Below are positions 55,101 through 61,897 of a DNA stretch of 61,897 nucleotides, piece after piece. Every line of letters begins with the position of its first letter. The first letter of the stretch is position 1. The DNA is from a virus (taxonomy: Duplodnaviria > Caudoviricetes): IMG/VR virus record IMGVR_UViG_3300034236_000005, positions 1-61,897 of that record, one strand, 5' to 3'. Position numbers and translations under genes: made by a program. The notes beneath the pieces are model-generated. The model ran no database searches, was not told where the DNA came from, and saw only the letters and a program-made list of their open reading frames with translations.

Positions 55101-55942
55101 ATCGAATCCACGTAGTCACGAACCGCGTCCGCCGTGCCCAGCTGCTGCTGCGCTCCCCAGCGCTCGATGCCGGTCTGGATCCCTTCGGTGATGCCTTCGC
55201 GCGCCATGGCCAGCGGCACTTCGCGGCGCGCGGCGCGCAGCAGTGATTCGCCAGGCTTGCGTGCGCCATTCATGACGCGGCCCAGCATCAGCGCATCCAT
55301 CGCGGTGTCGACGCCGGCGGCGGCCAGCGCAGAGCCGGCCACGCGGGTCAAGTCGGATCCGGATAGCTTTCCCTCGCGCCCGTCTTCCTCGGCGACGTGG
55401 CGGGCCTCCGGATAGATCGAGCCGGCCTCTTGCACCAGGTTCGATCCGAACAGCGCGGTGCCGGCGCCAATTTTCGCGCCGCGTGCGATCGCCTGCTTGG
55501 CGACAGCCGATTCAACGCCATCCGTTACAACCTTGCGGATACCCCGTTTGGCCAGCTGGCTGCCGATGAAACCGCCCAGCCCGCCGGTGGCGATCGCGGT
55601 AATGGCCTGCCCACCAACATAGCCAGTGGCATTTTGCAGCCAGTCCGTACCGCTTTCGCCGCGCTGCAGCACGCCTGTCAACGAATCCGATTCCTTGGTG
55701 ACTTTCGCAATCTTCTCGGACTGGTTGTCGTAGACCTTCATGCCATATTCAAGCATGCCATCCGATCCCATCGCATCGCCGGCCAGCGCGATCGTGCCGC
55801 CCAGCGTCTGCGGGATCTGATACATCGCCTTCTTGAAGCCGCGCACGGTGTCGCCGTCCTCCTCGGCAGCCGGCTCCTGCGGCTTCGATGGGGTCAGTGG
55901 TCGGTAGAAGATGCCATTCTTGGCCAGGTCGGAAATATCCAT
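52124..55942 (-). CDS. Large internal virion (ejection) protein
   Basis: 1272 aa; N-terminal helical/hydrophobic region (EAGSIY, REGITEGIQT), then repeated small domains and low-complexity linkers. Confidence 0.8.
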   Translation of the reverse strand: MDISDLAKNGIFYRPLTPSKPQEPAAEEDGDTVRGFKKAMYQIPQTLGGTIALAGDAMGSDGMLEYGMKVYDNQSEKIAKVTKESDSLTGVLQRGESGTDWLQNATGYVGGQAITAIATGGLGGFIGSQLAKRGIRKVVTDGVESAVAKQAIARGAKIGAGTALFGSNLVQEAGSIYPEARHVAEEDGREGKLSGSDLTRVAGSALAAAGVDTAMDALMLGRVMNGARKPGESLLRAARREVPLAMAREGITEGIQTGIERWGAQQQLGTADAVRDYVDSMGVGMVGGGQGGALSVIRANKVPESGSLTRAANAGIEDQILQLTNDPQPLISFPDGSVGHKQDLEAYLVSKYPDADERLAARREIMGRDPATGKRAEPEPVEEPKSADNEANEQANLQAWGARHDPVDLKYAQALLAAPGAKGKELMIVPHPKGKGYTLVPSKWLTLDTQARAGALQRGDEGMLPGPSREAPGGAIRVDSEGGAAAETYGEQVRTGDARREQQAADEAAAARQQELGKQTERGAKAVPKPAKAAPADEPAPAPAAPAAPVSIMNKVGKPFMSEFAAKRAHKEGYADTHDITAADEGGWILTPKEAKNADAAVPTPVDLAEGSNPDAAGAGSGKPKGVKKAVQKPGKRKAAAAGTVAPADAAAVHADPAADAQPALTPEPEWKTNPYTAYKFSIEGGARAFMEKKKVDPAKFEPVQGENGSWALKPVQSSSSLNRKADDEREIEGRATRPKQASDLQALAEHEGSLPQSEKSVLPQLRGEGDNDLPGVGGELSGVSGSSGGAPNAEAHTGQKGERRELRAKKHPVADKNGASEQPAQERVVDGARRDKDSGAMGARSGTSSEHTAQEAVAGADAGTGDIQSASARKESLGIDPNGKKSNAKNDDVPASGNANEPGAAEGDGQQQGGSAGAADPAGEPVSERDVSDRPAKTKKPIADKHAGKSFGDQGQAEAYLTKNKIRDTHRIENTGRDKYEIKPKDGKKVDWRAKVAKQEAALAKQLATAEANAAARGKERISIGDLVAESKAVGMNAAGEPLYENKRGMFRMRMDRKDQPDGFADFGGDLAPTVKEAQAPDIERRAVLEHTIEVAQEEIENDISSGMVDDGELNSFSDLHEFTDANMYVSDASREDRRIGPLGKARGWKMEEYIVFTSEAINAIDAWLKAGRTGDAIDYLPAAAAPSKVENVPVGNDSAVIPSGNETEAEPQDTGADIPRAFFKKVKVSTDVWIEEEKAFESVEMTADRALKEVREDIANYKALLKCMKG
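53113..53280 (-). CDS. Nested +1-frame small protein (55 aa), not in the ORF track
   Basis: MRKTTMYLPAETQMSQALQKAMASSRVAVQALPIPPANPFPNVTFRIDPRKPKNP; starts about 20 nt after the HNH stop, preceded by GGGAAG. Confidence 0.45.
   Translation of the reverse strand: MRKTTMYLPAETQMSQALQKAMASSRVAVQALPIPPANPFPNVTFRIDPRKPKNP
53302..53763 (-). CDS. Nested +1-frame HNH homing endonuclease
   Basis: HGLSKHPIYKLWLNMKDRC.NP...YGGRGITIC..W..SF...HTLDRRENDGNYEPKNIQW; clear homologue of 14381-14995. Confidence 0.88.
   Translation of the reverse strand: MMSGKSKGEQHGLSKHPIYKLWLNMKDRCHNPKNPYFHNYGGRGITICQEWVESFPAFLAAVGERPTPKHTLDRRENDGNYEPKNIQWQTKMEQANNQRKNVWLTARGETKTLAQWARVVGLAPNTLHKRLSLGQTPEQVIFNPRAQGKKVLV
53947..54153 (-). 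CDS. Nested +1-frame small protein (68 aa)
   Basis: AAGGAGG-CAAAAA-ATG; amphipathic helical sequence; the host frame is low-complexity here. Confidence 0.6.
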   Translation of the reverse strand: MQTPLYQRPSISQKEAIQMLLGLGVVSPRELKKLFKSLENARPLPPEQSRLLTLLLFMQTQPPTRSLH

Positions 55943-55960
55943 GTGTGCAGCCTTATAAGG

Positions 55961-57661
55961 TTAGAAGCCAGCGGCCAGCCGCGCTTTGCGGGCCTGCTGA
56001 ATTTGTGCGTTGGTCAGCACGCCGGCGTCGCCCTGCTCGCCGATCCAGGTCAACACCTTTTGCGCCTCGTCGCGCGGCATGCCGCGGCGCAGCGTGCCCA
56101 GCTGCGCATCGAAGTTGGCGGCGACGTCGGCCTGGCGCTGCTCCATCGCGGCCTGACGGCGCGCACTCGCCCCGCCTACAGTCCGGTTGAATTGCTGAAT
56201 GCGCTTGTCACGATCGGAAACCGACTGACCCGATGGCGTGCTGCCGCTGCCACCGCCGGCCATCATTGCCGGCGCTGCGCCTTGCTGCTGGATCGTGCGC
56301 AGTTGCGCTGCTGGTGGCGCCGGGTAGCCCATCGATGCCAATGATTCGACGCTGACACCTGGTTGCGCCATGGCCTGCGCATACTTTGCGGCGTAGCCGG
56401 GCGAGCCCTGATCCAGCCCCTTGAAGTTGTCGCGCAGCACGGCTTCAAATTGCCCGGTCATTTCCACATCGGCAAACGAACGGCGCAGCGTGTCGGCATA
56501 GGCAACGGCGGCCTTTGGATCCGGGTTGGTCTTGGCATATTCCTCGGTCATCTTGTCAATCAGCGCTTCCTTGTCCCTCGGCGTCGCCTTGCCGCTGGCA
56601 ATTCCCATGAAACGCTTCCGCTCGTCGACAGTCAGCTTGGTGCCGATAATTTCCTCGATCTCGGCGATTTTGCCTGCAGGCGTCTGATTCTTGAAAGCGT
56701 TCCTCTCCATGTTCACGCGCTGCTGCTGAATGCCGAGCGATTGCGCGTGCTGCGCGGCGCTTTGCTGGCGTGTCAGCCGGCGGTCTTCTTCGGCAGCCTT
56801 GTGCGAACGCTGCTGTTCGGCGATCTGCTGGCCAGTCTGGAACGTGCTGGTGTCGCGGCCTTCGACCTCCATGCGGCCCTTGACGTCGAGCATGGCGCGA
56901 TTGGCCGTGCGCACGTCACCCACGATCTCGCGCCCGTCGGCGCCGACCACGCGCGAATTGACGATCTCGCGCCCGGCGGCGTCCTTGTCGATGAAGTGTT
57001 CGACCACAGTGTCGGCGCCGATCTTCCACTTGCCACCGGTGGTGTTGAACGCCTCGGCGGCGCCCGGGTCAATGATGCCCTTGAGCTTGCCGCCGGCCTT
57101 CTTGATGGCGTCGACCGTCGGCGCGCTGGCGGCGATCGCGCCCAGCACTTGGTCGGTTCCCTCGCCGATCGCCTTGCGGGCGTATTCCTCAAAGCGGCGG
57201 GCATCTTCCATCTTGCCCGGCGTGGCGCGCGCGATCTCGGCGGCCCGGGTCTCGCGGGAGGCGCGGGAATTCTGGCCGGCCAGAGCACCGTTGGCGGCAG
57301 CCAGGCTGGCGTGCGACTGGCCGCCGGCGGTGTAGCTGGCCGGTGCCAGTGCGGGCGCCGGCGCGCCGGTGGCGGCGTGCATGCGGTTCAGCTCGCGGCT
57401 GTCCTGCGCCAGCGCTTCGTCGTTGGCGTAGGTCGCGCCCGACTCAGTGACGATCTCGGGCGTGATGTCCTTTTGCGAATCGGCGATGTCGCGCTGATAC
57501 CTGTCCTCGTCGTCGCGCTTTTTCTTGGCGTGGCCGTATTCCTCGTCTTGGCGTTCGGCCAGCAACTTTTTGCGTTCGCCATCACGGAACTGGTCCCGCC
57601 CGGCAGCATAGCCGTTCATGCCCGCGCCCAGGGCCCCGATCAGGCTTGCCAATCCCTTCAT
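55961..57661 (-). CDS. Internal virion (ejection) protein
   Basis: 566 aa, Ala/Gln-rich and helical; N-terminal GLASLIGALGAGMNGY. Confidence 0.7.
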   Translation of the reverse strand: MKGLASLIGALGAGMNGYAAGRDQFRDGERKKLLAERQDEEYGHAKKKRDDEDRYQRDIADSQKDITPEIVTESGATYANDEALAQDSRELNRMHAATGAPAPALAPASYTAGGQSHASLAAANGALAGQNSRASRETRAAEIARATPGKMEDARRFEEYARKAIGEGTDQVLGAIAASAPTVDAIKKAGGKLKGIIDPGAAEAFNTTGGKWKIGADTVVEHFIDKDAAGREIVNSRVVGADGREIVGDVRTANRAMLDVKGRMEVEGRDTSTFQTGQQIAEQQRSHKAAEEDRRLTRQQSAAQHAQSLGIQQQRVNMERNAFKNQTPAGKIAEIEEIIGTKLTVDERKRFMGIASGKATPRDKEALIDKMTEEYAKTNPDPKAAVAYADTLRRSFADVEMTGQFEAVLRDNFKGLDQGSPGYAAKYAQAMAQPGVSVESLASMGYPAPPAAQLRTIQQQGAAPAMMAGGGSGSTPSGQSVSDRDKRIQQFNRTVGGASARRQAAMEQRQADVAANFDAQLGTLRRGMPRDEAQKVLTWIGEQGDAGVLTNAQIQQARKARLAAGF

Positions 57662-58773
57662 GCTCGTACCCCTTTACCGATAGATTTTTGCAACTTAGTC
57701 ACTTTTTGTGACAAAGCCTTGGTGGCCGCCATGTTCACGCCCAGCGCGCTGACGATATCGACCATCTTGCCGCCGGGCGCAACTTCATCGCCCAGGTTCT
57801 TCTGCATGTCCTGCGCCATGGCGCCGATATGCTGCTGGCCGCCATCCGCCGCCGGCGAATCGTCTTTGTATTTCCACTCCTTGACGGCGGTTTTCTCGAT
57901 GCCGGCCAGCGCCTGGTCGCCGTCGACTTCCTCGCTGATGTCCTCTTTCATGTTCTCGTCGGAGAATGTCACGCCCATAGCGCCCAGGCCCGCGCCCAGC
58001 TGGCCGGCGGCGCCGACGATCGATCCGATCCCGCTTTGCTCTGCGGCCTTCAGCTTGCCGCTAAATTCCTGATTCAGAATCGAGCCGGATGTGCCATAGC
58101 CTTGAATGGCAGTGCCGAAACCGGCGCCGTTGGCCTGCGTCGACTGGTTGGCCATCTGGCCGGCAGCCGACAGCGCGCCACTGGCACCAGCACCAGCCTG
58201 CGCCGCCACGCCGTACGATGCGGCGGCGTTCGACTGCATGCCCTTGGCGAAGTTGGCCGCATCCTTGCGCACCATCACGCCCATGTCCTTGATCCGGGTG
58301 CGCGCGCCATTGATCGCCGACGCCTTGCCCAGCGCGCCAGCGGTGGCCGCATCCTGCTCCATCGCCATCGCGCGACCGTCGGCAGGGTTGACGCCGGCGC
58401 GCATCATGGTGCGCCGCTTGGCATCGATGGCGCTGTCCATGGCCATGTCGACGTCGGTGGCCGCCGCGCCCGTCGCCTCGTCGATCCGGGCCTGCGTATC
58501 GTATTCGCGGGCGTCCTTATACATCGCGTCTTCCGCCGGCATGCCGACGGTTTTATAGCGATCCCAATTTTCTTCTGCCTGACTGGTGTTCACGCGCGAC
58601 GTTTTCAGCTGCTGGTCGGCCAGCTGCAGGGCAACGGCGTCCATCTTCTCCTGCCGCGGCTTGCTCTCGAGATCCTTCTGCTTGTACCAGGCGAGCGCGT
58701 CGGCGCCCACCTTGGCGCTTGCCTTGGCCGCTTCGCCAATGCCTTTATCTGCTTCCGGTGCGTCGCTGCAAAT
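57658..58773 (-). CDS. Internal virion protein with C-terminal S74-like autochaperone motif; probable ATT start
   Basis: FSDENMKEDI...WKYK...HIGAMAQD; the frame stays open upstream of GTG 58710 to GAGGA-7nt-ATT TGC AGC GAC GCA CCG. Confidence 0.7.
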   Translation of the reverse strand: MCSDAPEADKGIGEAAKASAKVGADALAWYKQKDLESKPRQEKMDAVALQLADQQLKTSRVNTSQAEENWDRYKTVGMPAEDAMYKDAREYDTQARIDEATGAAATDVDMAMDSAIDAKRRTMMRAGVNPADGRAMAMEQDAATAGALGKASAINGARTRIKDMGVMVRKDAANFAKGMQSNAAASYGVAAQAGAGASGALSAAGQMANQSTQANGAGFGTAIQGYGTSGSILNQEFSGKLKAAEQSGIGSIVGAAGQLGAGLGAMGVTFSDENMKEDISEEVDGDQALAGIEKTAVKEWKYKDDSPAADGGQQHIGAMAQDMQKNLGDEVAPGGKMVDIVSALGVNMAATKALSQKVTKLQKSIGKGVRA

Positions 58774-58791
58774 TTTGGGTTCCTCGCTTTC

Positions 58792-59346
58792 TTAAACGTT
58801 TGAAAATTGACCGTGCAACTGCTTGCTTGCGGCTGCATAAGCAGCCCCAGCCAGTTCCGGCGTTAAATGCAGACCCAAGTCCTTGCGTGTCGATCCAATG
58901 CGCAACTGCGCGCGCCACTTTCCGCTGTTTTTATGGAAGTGGACGCCCTTGAATCCAGAGGCATTGCGGGTTGTTATCGTTTTATTCTGGTTATTTTGCG
59001 CATGGCTCGCCTCGCGCAAATTATCGAATCTGTTGTCATCACGCTGCAGGTTGCGATGGTCAATTTCTTCTTCCGGCCACTTCCCGGTATGCAAAGCAAA
59101 CCCAAGTCGATGCCCCTGCATGGACATGGGCTTGCCCTCCATCGAAAAATTAACAATTACATATCCAGCATTTCTTTTCCCGATCGGCTTTCCCGCATAT
59201 TTCCTATTGAACGATTCACGGCCAGAATTTTGTGGAAACAGGTCTGCCGTGCGTGCTATCCAGACAAGCGCACCAGTTTCGGCGTCGTACGAAACGACGC
59301 GCCGCAAAGTTTCAATGCTTGGCAATTTTGATTCGTTGTCGGTCAT
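58792..59346 (-). CDS. HNH-AP2 homing endonuclease
   Basis: YDAETGALVW...GHRLGFALHTGKWPEEEIDHRNLQRDDNRFDNLREA...SGFKGVHFHKNSGKWRAQ. Confidence 0.88.
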   Translation of the reverse strand: MTDNESKLPSIETLRRVVSYDAETGALVWIARTADLFPQNSGRESFNRKYAGKPIGKRNAGYVIVNFSMEGKPMSMQGHRLGFALHTGKWPEEEIDHRNLQRDDNRFDNLREASHAQNNQNKTITTRNASGFKGVHFHKNSGKWRAQLRIGSTRKDLGLHLTPELAGAAYAAASKQLHGQFSNV

Positions 59347-59954
59347 GTTCTGAACAGTTTGATGTATTGATTTGCAACGTGCGAGTAGCCGCGGTATTCC
59401 ATCAGCTTCGACGCCGCGTTGACGGTCTTGGTGTTGGCCCGGATCTCGACCACGCCCACTTGCTTGACTAGGCATTCTTCGACGTAGCGCAGGAATGACA
59501 GCGCGGCGAAGCCCTTGCGGTGGTATGGCATCAGGAAAAACGTATCTTCTTCCGCAAACAGGTTCCCGGTGTGCATGCTTTTCATCACGTACATGCGCAG
59601 GTTGCCGACCAGCGTGCCATCCGGCGCGCGCGCGGTGAACTGGATCAGGCCGCCCTTGCGCTCGCGCTCGGCCATAGACGAGTAGTCCGGGTCCAGCTTG
59701 ATGCCCGCCAGGTGCTTTTCCGTTTCGGCGAAGTGGATGTTGTGCAGCACCTTCAGTTCGGTCAGGATCTCGCGGAACGATTCGACCTGAAACACCAGGT
59801 CGTGATAGCTGCGCGGCATGAAGTTGGCGGGAATATAGGCATGGTCGCCGCGATCGTGTGCGTTGAACTCGATCGTGGCCGCCAGCTCGGGCGTCAGAAC
59901 CGAACCCAGGCTGGCGGCCAGCGCCTCGCGCAATAGACTCAGGGTAATCTGCAT
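59343..59954 (-). CDS. GNAT-fold acetyltransferase-like protein
   Basis: GGAGG RBS; LDPDY..., EDTFFLMPYHRKG acetyl-CoA-motif-like, KLMEYRGY. Confidence 0.65.
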   Translation of the reverse strand: MQITLSLLREALAASLGSVLTPELAATIEFNAHDRGDHAYIPANFMPRSYHDLVFQVESFREILTELKVLHNIHFAETEKHLAGIKLDPDYSSMAERERKGGLIQFTARAPDGTLVGNLRMYVMKSMHTGNLFAEEDTFFLMPYHRKGFAALSFLRYVEECLVKQVGVVEIRANTKTVNAASKLMEYRGYSHVANQYIKLFRT

Positions 59955-60045
59955 TTCCGCCCTCCAATTTCCAATGTGCAAGATTAACCGTTATGCGCGG
60001 GCAAGTAAATCAAAGCCTTGCTTTTGTTAAACTTTTCACATGGAA

Positions 60046-60378
60046 TTATTCAGGTGCCGCGCCTGGTGTTGCAACAGCCGGCTTTTCCGCAGCTGGCGCC
60101 GGCGGCACATTGCGCATGATCGGCGGGCAGTTGTAGCGCGCGCACTCTTTTTGAAATGCGTTGGCGCAGTGGTTTGGCCCTTGCCAGATCCCGAAAATGG
60201 CGTCGATTACGGCTTTCCAGAATTTGTATGGGTAGCGGTGCCCCAGCCGGCCACAGCGTGAACTGAGCGTTTCATCGGCCCAGGTTTCCGCACTGAATGG
60301 GTTCGTCAGCACGTTGGCCAGCTGGTCGACTGAGATAAACAGCTGCATCAGGCCGTGATAAATTTGCGCTTTTTTCAT
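60046..60378 (-). CDS. Conserved-looking small phage protein
   Basis: DQLANVL...DETLSSR...IDAIF...NHC. Confidence 0.65.
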   Translation of the reverse strand: MKKAQIYHGLMQLFISVDQLANVLTNPFSAETWADETLSSRCGRLGHRYPYKFWKAVIDAIFGIWQGPNHCANAFQKECARYNCPPIMRNVPPAPAAEKPAVATPGAAPE

Positions 60379-60962
60379 GCTGGTGGCTCCGGTGATTGCC
60401 ATACGATGGCGGAAATTTCCTCGATGGTCTGCGCGGCGTCGATCGCCGCTTTCAGCTGCTGCGCCTTGTCGAAATTTTGGGTGCCGGTCTGCTCGATCGC
60501 ATCCAGGAATTGATTCCAGGTGGCGACGTCGGGAATGGCAACATAGCTGTTGTCGAGCGTCTTCCAGGCCCCCAGCCAGCCGGGGCGCATGGTGCCGCGG
60601 CGCAGCACACCGCTGTTCGTGATCTCGATCTGCCGCATCGAATGGTCATTGGCCTGGATCTCCTTGCCCTGGAACATGAACGACGTTTTGTTAGCCAGTT
60701 CATGTGCAAGATTGATCAGCTGCTTCTGGCGCTCCTTGAGCTCATCCAGTGGTGCGGCTTCGACCCACACCACAGAACCACTCTCGGCGTAGGGCACGGC
60801 GGTCGGCGACGGATGATCGCGGACAAACGGCGCCGACAATTCGACATGCGTGCAGCCCTCAACGAAGGGCAGTCGCGGCGCCGGCCCGACATCAGGGACT
60901 TCTTGCTGAAACCCAAGCTGGATGACATTCAGCGCGTTGACGATTGCGAAATATTTCATCAT
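60375..60962 (-). CDS. Tail fibre assembly-like protein (DUF4376-like)
   Basis: WKTLDNSYV...LKAAIDAAQTIEEISAIVW; directly after the tail fibre. Confidence 0.7.
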   Translation of the reverse strand: MMKYFAIVNALNVIQLGFQQEVPDVGPAPRLPFVEGCTHVELSAPFVRDHPSPTAVPYAESGSVVWVEAAPLDELKERQKQLINLAHELANKTSFMFQGKEIQANDHSMRQIEITNSGVLRRGTMRPGWLGAWKTLDNSYVAIPDVATWNQFLDAIEQTGTQNFDKAQQLKAAIDAAQTIEEISAIVWQSPEPPA

Positions 60963-61866
60963 GGTGCGACCCCCGATCCGTGACCAACGCTAACTTCGCA
61001 AGACATCGTGGAGGTGATCCCGCCGCAACTTACCGTGCATGTCACCATGCCAATGCAATGCAGGTTGTTGGCCTTCCCGCGCACCGTCACCGTGGCGCCC
61101 GTTGTCGCCGATAGCTCCATGGTGCCGAAGTAGGTCGACAGCACCCACGAGTACGTCGGCGTGCCCGTGCCGCCGGTCTTGCTGGCCGTGAAGGTGACGT
61201 AATTCACATACACGTTGTTGGCGGCGTTGTTAAACGTGACGTCGTACAGTCCCGAGATCACAGGCGGGTTGTTCAGCGTGTTGTTGGCCGTCGCGCCAGC
61301 TGCCGCGTTAAGCACGACTGTCGCGCCCAGCGTGCCGTCGATCGTCGCGCCCGTAAAGGTCAGCACATTGCCACCAGGGTCGCACAGGAACGATGCGCCG
61401 TTGGCCGTCTTCAGGCTAAATTTCGGCGTGGCGCCGCCCTGCAGCCAGAACCCGGTGCCGACGTTGTAGGCCGATTGCCCCGACGAGATCGACCCGCCGG
61501 CGGCGATCGTGACCGCGCCGAACGATCCATAAGCTGCGGTCAGTTCCCCGCCGAAGGACGCGTTGCCAGTGGCCGCGCTGATGGCGAACGTCACCACGCC
61601 CTGAGTGTTGGAGCCGATCAAGCCTTGCGGGGTCAGGGCGACGCCATAGCCGCCAGTGCGCACGCCCGAGGCGTTCCAGGTGATGTTGCCGATGCGCAGG
61701 CCCACCGGGACCGATACGGTGTTGACCGCCAGCACGCCACCCAGGATATCGTCGGCGTTTTTGTTTAGCTTATTCGCCAGCCCGGCCTTGGCATCAACCC
61801 CATCAGCATTGCTCGACAGCGGGACTAGCCGTATGTTTTTCAACGTCCCATTAATTATGGACGAGT
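60959..61866 (-). CDS. Tail fibre, 3' part (joined to 1-2005 across the circular junction)
   Basis: Gly/Thr/Ala-rich beta-strand-like sequence; in frame with the 1-2005 segment; followed by a fibre-assembly-like gene. Confidence 0.85.
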
Positions 61867-61897
61867 CAAAACCGAGCGGAGCGGTTATGTTCGCGGA
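61867..61897. repeat. Terminal 31-nt direct repeat (copy 2)
   Basis: Identical to 1-31; 31 is a typical assembler k-mer length. Confidence 0.95.

Noticed and set aside
58792-59967. 391-aa ORF as a fusion overlapping the GNAT gene
   Set aside because: The N-terminal half is out-of-frame text of the GNAT gene; the HNH most plausibly starts at ATG 59346 (ATGA overlap)
1-61897. CRISPR array, tRNA genes, diversity-generating retroelement, group I/II intron
   Set aside because: No regularly spaced repeats, T-loop consensus, reverse transcriptase or intron core motifs seen by eye; a tRNAscan/Infernal run is needed to be definitive

Overview
The window is an apparently complete ~61.9 kb, high-GC tailed-phage genome assembled as a circle (bases 1-31 are repeated at 61867-61897). 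Gene content points to a podovirus of the 933W/F116/Bcep22-like type: TerS/TerL, portal, scaffold, N4-gp56-like major capsid, tail adaptor/nozzle, a tail fibre that crosses the contig junction, large ejected internal proteins including a PLxRFG polyvalent protein, and a holin/SLT endolysin/Rz-Rz1 lysis cassette. A Betaproteobacterial host is inferred, not shown. Almost all genes are on the minus strand; one plus-strand operon (37658-42816) carries RecT and a PD-(D/E)XK nuclease. I recognise no integrase, CI repressor, partition genes, tRNAs, CRISPR array or reverse transcriptase. The most striking signal is overprinting. Three +1-frame genes (68 aa, a 153-aa HNH homing endonuclease and 55 aa) lie entirely inside the still-open 1272-aa ejection-protein gene, in linkers between repeated small domains. 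The C5 DNA methyltransferase is likewise encoded by two overlapping frames. Other notable items: a 1758-aa protein with three ADP-ribosyltransferase-like domains and a zincin protease, a CsrA-like gene beside an RBS-occluding hairpin of the capsid gene, a probable AUU start codon, an RdgC-FtsK-gamma fusion, and mosaic Ead/Lar-like proteins whose modules are bounded by ~15-nt direct repeats. All family assignments come from motif recognition by eye; no searches were run.
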